NCBI GenBank assembly: GCA_002189035.1
Contig: NEEC01000027.1
Span: 434,001 to 498,000, forward strand
Origin: Utricularia gibba
Lineage: Eukaryota > Plantae > Magnoliophyta
Direction: 5' to 3'
DNA: 64,000 nt
The position numbers and the translations under genes are program-made. The notes under the pieces are model-generated. The model was not told the origin of the DNA. It saw nothing but the letters and a program-made list of their open reading frames with translations, and did not search any database. The number at the start of each line of letters is the position of its first letter. Within the stretch, counting starts at the first letter, position 1. This document shows positions 50,580 through 60,175 of the stretch, piece after piece.

Positions 50580-51598
50580 ATGACACCGTTTGCGGCGGCA
50601 GGTTCCGTCCTCGCTGCGAATTGCTCGGCAAGATTCTACTACGCTCCGATCCAGCTGGATGCACTCCACTTGCCCCAACTCGGCGCCTCTCGGCGGCGGG
50701 GTTGCAGCCGGCGGGACAGCGGTTTTCTAGCTATAAGAGCATACATGGAGGATTCCGGCACCCTTTCCGGCTTCGCGAATAAGATCGTCGGCGCGATTCC
50801 TGTGGTTGGACTGATTGCCAGGATCGTCAACGCTGAAGGCGGTATCGGAGGAGATATTATCGATTTTGCGGAGTTCCGACGAAGAGTGGGCAACAAATGC
50901 TCCGTGAATGATTCCAGGGCCTTTTATGAGTTTCGAGATAGGCGTGGAAAGGTGAATTCTTTAGTTTGTCCATCAAATTCTTGTCCTCTTGCTCACATTC
51001 ATCAACCAATGTGTACGTTGTTTGGTTAAATCTAGGCTGGGGATCCTCTGTATGTGTTGCTGTGCTGCTGGTTGGCTGCTGTGGGCGCTGGTCTACTCAA
51101 ATCGGAAGAAATACTGGAAGGCATAGCCAGGCTTCGGATTTCCAATGACATTGAGTTTGAGGAGGAAAATTTCATCGCTATGATGAAGCAAGCAACTGAG
51201 GCAAGCCTCTTGCATTTTTTATGCTATTCACCTTTGTCCCAATGGGATCAGTCACATGAACTCCGGGATTGCAGAAACGGGCAAAGCTGAAAGCTTCCAT
51301 GCCCAAAGTCCCGATGGAAGTTCGGGTGGAAAAAGCTCTTGAAGCAATATATGTCTGCAGCTTTTGGAGGGATCCCGTAGAAGACGAAGATGCTGAACTA
51401 CTGGTTATCATTCTCAATGCTGTGTTTCCTACCGTAGGAAAGACAGAAATCGAAAGAATCGTTAGAGAGAAAGCCAAGAGGGTGGCTGATGGAACCGACG
51501 AAATCAAAGTGCCGGAGCCGAAGCCTTTACCTAAGGAGGCTGTACAGCTCCAAATGAAGGACCTAGAGTTTCTCAGGAAAGGAAGTCAGAAATCGTGA
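50580..51598 (+). CDS. PSA3: Photosystem I assembly factor PSA3 (chloroplast)
   Basis: IRAYMEDSGTLSGFANKIVGAIPVVGLIARI...DFAEFRRRVGNKC...RAFYEF...GK/AGDPLYVLLCCWLAAVGAGLLKSEEILEG...EKALEAIYVC...PKEAVQLQMKDLEFL. Three exons; intron 2 appears to be GC-AG. Confidence 0.92.
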
Positions 51599-52104
51599 CC
51601 CTTTATTGCACCAGAGACCGCTGCAAAGTGATGAAGCTGAGAGCGATGCTATAGGGAAATCAAACTGCCAAACTCATCTGGTTTGTAGAGATGTGCACTT
51701 GAGCCATAGAGAATTGTGAAATTCTACAGACCAAGTTCCCATTTTTAACAGGATTTTCCCTTCCCTGATGCTGTGAAACTGTCACCATATTCAAGGAGAT
51801 GGCTGCTATTTTCTCTCTTATTTTTTTTTTAACGGGCCAGGTTAGTAGTTTGCCCAAGATGTCTAGGGCTTACTGTCTCCAGAACTAATCTCGGGCTGAC
51901 TCGTAAACCCTTGTAGGAATGAGCCCAATTGCAATGATCCGGACATGAAACTCATCTTGCTGCACTACTGCTTCCTGGAGCCGCGATGCGGTGCTGCAAC
52001 TCGGCGAATTCCATCAACCACCGGTGGTTCGTCTATCCTCTCCAGGAGTACGCTGTTTGAGGGGGTCGTTCCACAGTCGTCGTCTTCTTCGAGACACCCG
52101 GAAT

Positions 52105-52113
52105 AAACCCTAA
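52105..52113 (+). promoter_or_regulatory. Telo-box (AAACCCTAA) just upstream of the chimeric gene, with a site II-like GAGCCCA at 51921-51927
   Basis: Motifs read directly. Telo-box plus site II (TGGGCY) is the established promoter combination of plant ribosomal and translation genes. Confidence 0.6.
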
Positions 52114-52124
52114 TCACTTCAACA

Positions 52125-52870
52125 ATGAAGCTTATTCGTAAAATCGCCGGTATTTCTTATTAATAGCTGTATAGATACTGCATGTTCCCTAAGTGTGCCC
52201 AGATTTTGCTTCACATTTTTCATCTCTTGTTCTTGTAGAGTCATCCAGTCAACGCGCATTTTTTCGGGCAATGGGGCGCAGGAATTTCCGTGCCCCATCG
52301 GAGGATTTCTTTATGCAGAATTGTGCCAATAAGGATTTTCACTACAACACTGCTGTTTACCCAATCGCATCCCCGAAAAGGTTTTACATCGTCTTTCTTA
52401 CAGTTGGCTCTCTGGATGTTTTCAGTTGGATTGAGTTTCACGCTTTGCTGTTCGTTTGTGTGTAGAATGTTAAATAGGCGTAACTTGTATGGTGATACGA
52501 TGCTTGATAGAGTGAATCTGGGAGGGACACACTTCATTCGCGTATTCTAGGGACAATGAGTGGGAGGCGAATGCAAGATGCATTCTTTCTCCACAGTGAA
52601 ACAAAAACCATGGATGACTTGTGTTCAGCCGGTTGGAATCCTGTGACACTGAGGCATACTCGTCCATCAGATGTTTACCCCAGCTTTTGTTTGCGGTTTT
52701 TCATTGAACCATGTTGTTCAGAATCATTGATCGAATCTGAACCAGACGTAGCCGCTGAGGATGATCCTGGAGTTCTGAGGGCTGATAGTGTAAAGAAGAA
52801 AAGGAAAAGGAAGATGAACAAACACAAACTGAGGAAGCAGAGGAGGCTTTTGAGGAGAAAGAGTCATTAG
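52125..52870 (+). CDS. Chimeric gene: duplicated PPR exons 1-3 fused to a mitoribosomal mS38 (COX24/AURKAIP1, DUF1713)-type C-terminus
   Basis: Exons 52125-52149, 52239-52380 and 52466-52870. The N-terminal part is colinear with the PPR gene at 63285-62772. The C-terminus is YPSF...ADSVKKKRKRKMNKHKLRKQRRLLRRKSH*. One missing G at 52520-52526 must be restored for a continuous 190 aa ORF. Confidence 0.8.
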
Positions 52871-53267
52871 TAGCTTTGTTATCCTCTATCCATATTCTTA
52901 GACTGCTTGATTCATTGAATCTACCTTACTTCGCTTGCAGAATAATCAAGAACTTTCTCTTCCACTGTTTCACTGGAAAATGTCTCGCCTTTGTCTCTAC
53001 TGCTTTACAAAATGCAGTCTTTGCAGCTACCCATATGGCACACTCAGTACTTTTTGCAGTGTCTTGGTTTTCAGATGTGTTTTATGGTTTAGTGCTTACT
53101 CTTTTCAGATCAGGATCTGGATTGAAGCAAGGGATGGTCGCCGGGAAGTCTAAAAGCGTAGATGACTAGAGCAGTGGCTTCGTGGTTTAGTTCAATTGAA
53201 CTTTTGTTTATAGAGGGAGAAATGGGAGCCACATAAAACGTGAGGCTCATTTGCACCAACGAGCCAA

Positions 53268-55258
53268 ATGGCCTCTACAGTCTTCTCCTTGGCTCCGAGA
53301 TTCTTTGTCGCCAATTCGCTCCCCAAAAACTCGCCACCGAAATCGCTGTCCCAATATAATATCGTCTCTCCGTTTCTCATAACTGCTTCCGGCGACAAGC
53401 TTAACCGGAGCCTTGTTGCCGGCGGAGCTGATTCTCGCGCCGGAGTGAACAAACTCGTGGATTCGTTACTCACGCTGTGTGCCTCGGTTGCTATATCGGC
53501 GTCTTTGCTGTTCGTTTCCGTTGATCCTGCAACAGCTTTTGTGGTGACGAGTCCTAGAAAATTGCAGTCCGATGAACTTGCTACGGTGCGGCTTTTCCAA
53601 GAGAACACTCCATCTGTTGTTTACATTACTAACCTAGCATCGAGGTAGTTTTTTTTTCTGTTGTTTGTTTGTATTTTCGAAAGGTTTTTGAACTTTTTAA
53701 TCTCTTTTAGGCAAGATGCTTTTACGTTGGATGTGCTGGAGGTGCCACAGGGATCAGGTTCTGGGTTTGTCTGGGATACAAATGGTCACATTGTAACCAA
53801 CTATCATGTGATTCGGGGTGCTTCTGATCTTAAGTATTTCTAATCTCTTATGTTTTTCTTCTTGTAATGCCATATTTTGTGCTGCATTTTCTGTGTTGAG
53901 GACTTGAGTCTTGGCTCTTGGTAAAACTTATGCCTGCAAGAAAATTTTTCAGTGCTATTGGGCTGGGTTACACATTTAAACTCTCATTTATCCTCATTGC
54001 GTGAAGGGTGACTCTTGCTGATCAGAGCACATATGATGCCAAGGTTGTTGGCTTCGATCAGGATAAAGATGTTGCTGTGTTGTATATTGATGCGCCTAAA
54101 GACAAGTTAAGACCCATACCCATTGGTATATCTGCGGACTTGCTTGTGGGCCAAAAAGTATACGCCATCGGTAATCCTGTGAGTAAAACACTGACCAATT
54201 CTCATCACCATTCCAATGTCATGAAGTTATTGAAGATCTGATGACACATCTCTCCCTTTCTGACATTGTTTCAACAGTTTGGACTTGATCATACACTCAC
54301 AACAGGCGTCATCAGGTATAATGAAGTTACTGAAAGCATGATATCTTCTGCTCCTTATATTCTTCAGTAGGCCTAATGTTGAACTAAGGGTGTTCTATAG
54401 ACTGCATTTTGACTATGGAGTAAAAGTGTATCCTACATTTCATTCATTGGCACAGGCAAATTGTCTGATACTTATTGCATGCTTTTTCTAACAGTGGGTT
54501 ACGGAGAGAAATCAGTTCTGCTGCTACTGGCCGTCCGATCCAGGATGTCATCCAAACTGATGCTGCAATTAATCCTGGTAACAGTGGAGGACCCCTCCTC
54601 GACAGTTCTGGAAACCTGATCGGGATAAACACTGCTATATACTCCCCTTCCGGTGCTTCATCTGGCGTCGGCTTCTCTATCCCAGTTGACACTGTAAGTG
54701 CCATGGAAGTAGCTCGCCTTCTTGGATCCATTGTTTCACTTTCATGCTCATCTTCAGGTCAGCGGCATAGTCGATCAGTTGGTGAAGTTCGGCAAGGTCA
54801 CCAGACCCATCCTAGGCATCAAGTTTGCACCTGATCAATCCGTGGAGCAACTTGGAGTCAGTGGGGTTCTAGTGCTGGATGCTCCTGCACAGGGACCAGC
54901 CGGCAAAGCAGTACGAATCCCCTCTCAATCCATTTCCTCCCTCCCATTTGATCGCTCCAGCTTTGGTGCTACTTACTATGCAGGGTCTTCAACCCACGAA
55001 ACGGGATGCCTTTGGAAGACTCATTTTGGGCGACATAATCACATCCATCAACGGGAAGAGGGTTTCCAATGGCAGCGACTTGTACAGAATACTGGATCAA
55101 TGCAAAGTTGGTGACAAGGTGAAGGACATCTGATGCCTTTGGAAAAGTTGCCTCAAACTGAACTGCTTCATTGCTCACAGGTTGTTGTGGAAGTGTTGCG
55201 CGGTGATCAAATGGAGAAGATCCCCGTGATCCTGGAGCCCAAACCAGATGAATCATAA
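53268..55258 (+). CDS. DEG1: Thylakoid lumen Deg/HtrA protease DEG1
   Basis: [39 protein letters not shown]...[49 protein letters not shown], and [15 protein letters not shown]. All eight exons are in phase; stop 55256-55258. Confidence 0.97.
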
Positions 55259-55541
55259 TGCAAACACAGAAGCAGCAGCAGCAGAAGCACCCAGGGGGAC
55301 TTCCTTGTATATTGTACGGAATGTTGGTTGCACCAAATATCCCCATGTCTTACCCATAGAACAAACCCAAGTTATTTCATTGGAATTGCTATGGACCCTT
55401 TAAACCCAATTCTATCATTTGCAATTAATTACAAAAGAATTGAATTAGGGCACCAGATGGAGCGCAGGTATTCATTCTGTACAAAGGATTGTTCTCCTTG
55501 AGCTGTGGCGTCGCGCAGTCGAGTGGAGTTTGGTGTCTAGG

Positions 55542-57489
55542 ATGGCAATGGCAGCTCTCTCTCAGCTCACCGACGATATCGTTCGATCGATGTCTGTCGG
55601 AGCTGTCTTTTCTGATTCCGTCAGTCCCTAGCGCCTTGATTCATGTCCTGAACTAGTAGAATTCAGGATTTGTGTTTCGGTTCTTGAGATTTAAAAGCAT
55701 GTGTCTTTTTTCAGGGTGGGAATATCAACTCGCTGGACTTCCATCGGACGGCTGATTTGTTGGTGACATCGAGCGATGATGATTCAGTGCGATTCTACGA
55801 TATTGTTTCTGCCAAGTAAGAGACTGTTTTAAGCAGATATGGTATGTACTGCTCCACTCTTTTCTTCTACGTCTTCAAGTTTTCATTTTGAGGTTTGTTC
55901 AAGTAGAATCCTGAAAACTACATATCACAAGAAACATGGAGCCGACCGGGTATGCTTCACTCACCACCCCAGTTCCGTAATATGCTCATCAAAACATAAC
56001 TTGGATTCCCATGGAGGTGACTGATCTTGAATTATTCTTGTCGACTTCGAAAGGTGTTTCATTTCATAGTTTTCTGACTACTGTCTGTCACCGTAACCCC
56101 AGAGTCCTTGAGGTACCTTTCCCTGTATGACAATAGATGCATTCGGTACTTTAAGGGGCACAAGGAAAGGTGACGATTCCTAATATTCTTAGCTCATTCG
56201 CCATTACCTAACTATTTACATTTATGTTCGTTAGCTAGTACCTGCTAAAATGCATATTTTATTCAACAAAAAAAGGGGAAATCTTGGGCCTGCTGTGTTG
56301 TTGAGTTGAAAATTCTTCATATGTCAGTGTCATGCATAACTTGCTTTTATTTCAGGGTGGTCTCCCTGTGTATGTCTCCAGTGAACGATAGTTTCATGTC
56401 TGGTTCTCTAGATCACACTGTCCGTGTATGGGATCTACGCGTAAACGCTTGCCAGGTTTGTTTCCAGGCCTTTGAGCCGGATTACATGTCCCCTCCATCC
56501 AGTTTTTTTCCCATAGGAGCTCATAATGATATGATTCTAATCGTCTTTATTTTCCTCTATGCATTTGAGTTTTCTTCTCTGGTCAAACTAGTGGGATCAA
56601 AGATATGACGGGATTCTAGAGTAGTTATTAAGATTCAACTTCTGATGAGTTCTCACAATTGTCCCTTTCAGGGCATATTGCATCTTCGCGGTCGCCCCGG
56701 CGTCGCTTATGATCAACAAGGACTTGTGTTTGCCGTGGCAATGGAAGGAGGTGCAATCAAACTATTTGATTCTAGGTCCTATGATAAGGTACATTCATTT
56801 TGAATAAGTTTGCTTGCTCCTCATATTAGAGTAGCTCATTTTTTGGTTGTTCCCTCCTTTACAGGGTCCCTTCGATACTTTTCTAGTTGGCGGTGATAAG
56901 GCGGAAGTCTGTGATATCAAGTTCAGCAACGACGGAAAATCGATGCTTCTAACCACAACAAACAATAACGTGTATGTCCTCGATGCTTATCATGGAGAAA
57001 AGGTCAGTGATCTTGGAACTCTTCCTCCCTGAAGCTGTTTCTCAAGATTCCTGGTTCAATGCTTCATATCATATCTCAGAAATGCGGATTCACCATGGAC
57101 TCCTCCCCCAATGCAATAGAAGCTACTTTTACACCTGATGGCCAATACTTGCTCTCTGGTAGCCGCCTTCCCTTTACCCAAATTCTTGACTTTGAACTGT
57201 GAAAATGAATACTCAAGTTGCTGCTCTCATTGGTTTCAGGTTCAGGAGATGGGAGCATACACGCATGGAACATCAGCAATGAGCCTGCTAAGGTACTCTT
57301 GGTTTTGGAATAACTTTTAACCCCGGCACCATTGTGAAGTACGTTTGCTGTTGCAGATAGCATCGTTTGACAGCTACATCGGTGTGCCTTCGTGCCTGAG
57401 ATGGGCTCCCCGGGGTAATGTTCGCCGCCGCTGCTGAGTCTGTGCTCACCTTTTGGATCCCCAACAACTCTGAGGAACCTGATGTGTAG
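55542..57489 (+). CDS. WD40 protein WDR82/Swd2 homolog (APRF1-like, COMPASS/CPF subunit); one frameshift in the last exon
   Basis: LTDDIVRSMSVGAVF, INSLDFHRTADLLVTSSDDDSVRFYD, KKHGADRVCFTHHPSSVICSS, SLRYLSLYDNRCIRYFKGHKE, VVSLCMSPVNDSFMSGSLDHTVRVWDLR, GPFDTFLVGGDKAEVCDIKFSNDGK, and after a shift VMFAAAAESVLTFWIP. Confidence 0.94.
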
Positions 57490-57679
57490 CTACAACTGAG
57501 TTTTATGGAATAGCCAAAATTCTCCATTCCAAACGCTGTGAAAATGATGGCATTGGATCGGATAAAATCCCAAAGAGTGCACATGCAACAACCAGACGTA
57601 CAGCAACTACAACATTTTTCAGAAAACTACATCCCCTGTTTATTCTCCTCCATACCAGCAAGGTACATAGTTATTTTAT

Positions 57680-58216
57680 CTAAGGCCGTGCGGCGGTGCC
57701 CCCTCCGGCGGCGCCGCCTTCCTGCCCCTTGGACTTGATCACCTCGGCGGCTTGCTTTGTCTTATCGCCCATCATCTCCCCAACTTGTTTCGTTTTCTCC
57801 CCAACCTGAATCGTTGCCTCCTGCACGCGCCGCTTAGCGTACTCCAGCGGCTCTTGCCCGGTGGCCTGCCTGAGGGAATTGAGAACCCAGGAGAGTGATG
57901 ACAGCCCAGTGAGCCCAAAAGCACCAGAAGTCATGAACCCTGTCACCGCTCCTGCAAGGAGGATGGCGGCCGGTACTAAAATAGGGCTGCAGAGCAGGAA
58001 AAGTGGGGTGGCTACGGCCAGGCCAAGGAGTGTTCCGACGAGTGTGATTCCGGCGAGGCCGAGGAGTGAGGCGCCGATGGGAAACAAAGTGATGACAGCG
58101 AGAACTTGGGAAGTGGAAGGGCCCCTTGAAGGCTGTGGGAGAAGGCCCTTGATTCCGGCATCGTAGCGCTGCTGCGGGTGCACCTGGACCTGATGCGCCT
58201 GCGGACGGTCAGCCAT
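57680..58216 (-). CDS. Oleosin (seed high-molecular-weight type), intronless
   Basis: [18 protein letters not shown] start, [17 protein letters not shown], long hydrophobic hairpin with proline knot [15 protein letters not shown], then [18 protein letters not shown]. Confidence 0.96.
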   Translation of the reverse strand: MADRPQAHQVQVHPQQRYDAGIKGLLPQPSRGPSTSQVLAVITLFPIGASLLGLAGITLVGTLLGLAVATPLFLLCSPILVPAAILLAGAVTGFMTSGAFGLTGLSSLSWVLNSLRQATGQEPLEYAKRRVQEATIQVGEKTKQVGEMMGDKTKQAAEVIKSKGQEGGAAGGGTAARP

Positions 58217-58270
58217 TACTGGGAGCTGGTGGCGTCGAGGAAGAGGTATAAGAAGGATCGGCCATGGTGA

Positions 58271-58335
58271 AACGTGTTGTGGTGCATGTTGGGGACCCTC
58301 GCATGGGATGCAAGTTGCGTGATCTGCCGCCACGT
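58271..58335 (-). promoter_or_regulatory. Seed-maturation promoter module of the oleosin: RY element and ABRE/G-box cores
   Basis: On the - strand: ACGTGGC at 58335-58329, CATGCA at 58288-58283 and CACGTT at 58276-58271, 55-120 bp upstream of the ATG. RY plus ABRE is the established ABI3/FUS3/bZIP module of oleosin promoters. Confidence 0.65.
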
Positions 58336-58692
58336 CACACTACTCTGACAGAATGTACAGATCTGGGAAACTTTGACGGCTGGATACCAACTGGCGAGCT
58401 TTCAGGGTTCACGTTGACGAATACCGCCGGAGAACGGATGGGTTGAGCAGTTACCGGAGAAGACGATCGGCGATGGACTAGCCTTCGGGAATGGGGGGAT
58501 TTTCAGATTAACCAAAAAAAAACACTGAAAGACGGATACACCTGGAGGAGGCCCAGCACGGCCTGGCCCATTTAAGTCTTCATAGGGTTTTAGTTCACCG
58601 CAATCTGACTTGCAGACGGGGCAAAGATTTCTACAAAAACCCTCGTTGCTCACTTCTGGTGGAGGTTCGATTCTTCGTTTACCTGAATCAAG

Positions 58693-59874
58693 ATGAGCCA
58701 GGCCGCCGCGTCGCTCTTGACCAATATTGCTCGGGCTGCGTTCAGCCTCGGTATCGGCGCCACCGTTCTCAATTCGGCGCTCTACACTGTCGACGGCGGC
58801 CAGCGTGCTGTTCTTTTCGATCGTTTCCGCGGAGTCATTGATGAGACCGTCGGTGAAGGGACGCACTTTCTGGTTCCCTGGCTTCAAAAGCCGTATATCT
58901 TCGACATTCGCACCCGTCCTCACACCTTTTCCTCCATCTCAGGTAACACCATCAACGTTAGAATTTCAGCGTTTCCTCCCTTGCTTTGACTGGTTCATTA
59001 GAAATTTTATTTTCTGCAACTACTTTGCCTCAAATCGATCGATCTTTAAACCGAAAACGAAGAGGTGTGCTGTGTTTTACCACTTAACCGGTATACATTG
59101 AACAGAAGATGCTTTGCATTTGCTACATTTCTGTGATTGAAGCATTTTATGGGTAACAAAGAAGCATTTTGATGATTTCTCTGCAATGGGTAAGGGACGA
59201 ACCAGTGGTTCCTACCACACTTGTCCTGTGTACATGCATCCGGACAGGCCTGGCGTTGTTAGATTCCTGCAACTGATGTATTGAATATGTCAGGCACCAA
59301 GGATCTGCAGATGGTGAATCTTACACTCCGGGTTCTTTCCCGTCCTGAGGTCAATCATCTCCCAGATATATTCAAGACTCTGGGGTTGGAGTATGATGAG
59401 AAGGTGCTCCCATCAATCGGCAATGAGGTTCTCAAGGCGGTTGTTGCTCAGTTCAATGCAGATCAGTTGCTCACTGAAAGACCCCGAGTTTCTGCCCTTG
59501 TCCGCGAAGGCTTGATAGGAAGGGCAAAGGACTTCAACATTGAACTTGATGATGTTGCCATCACTCACTTATCATACGGTGCTGAGTTCTCCAAGGCTGT
59601 GGAGCAGAAGCAGGTTGCACAGCAGGAGGCTGAGCGCTCCAAGTTTGTAGTGATGAAGGCTGAGCAGGAGAGGAGGGCTGCAATCATTAGAGCCGAAGGT
59701 GAAAGCGAGGCTGCCAAGTTGATTTCTGATGCAACCGCAGCAGCTGGGATGGGGCTGATTGAGCTTAGGAAGATTGAAGCAGCAAGAGAGAACGTTGCAT
59801 CCATGGCCCGGAATGGGAATGTAATCTACGTCCCTCGTGATGCCAACATCTTCCTCGGCGGACCTCGTCCCTAG
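58693..59874 (+). CDS. PHB3: Mitochondrial prohibitin, type I (PHB3/PHB4)
   Basis: Exons 58693-58942 and 59294-59874. [83 protein letters not shown] and [15 protein letters not shown]. Confidence 0.97.
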
Positions 59875-60175
59875 TTGCACTTATTGATCTGTCTATGCAA
59901 GACTTCCATTTATTGTGCTCTGAACTAAGGTAGCCTTTGAGTGAATGTCGATCCCTGCGGCAGCTTCTCTGTTGGTAATAAGAAAAAACGCCTCACCATT
60001 CTGTGTGAACTTATCAGCCGAGAGTTGAAAAGATTCAAATGACTTCATGGTCTCAGATATCCATGGAAAAAATGATCCCAACTGCTGAATGTGCAACGAC
60101 ATTCGCGTGTTCTTATGCCCTATGGTAACCGCCAACTATAGGGAAATGCTGCTTGGCCAGCATTCTTCTTGCCCT

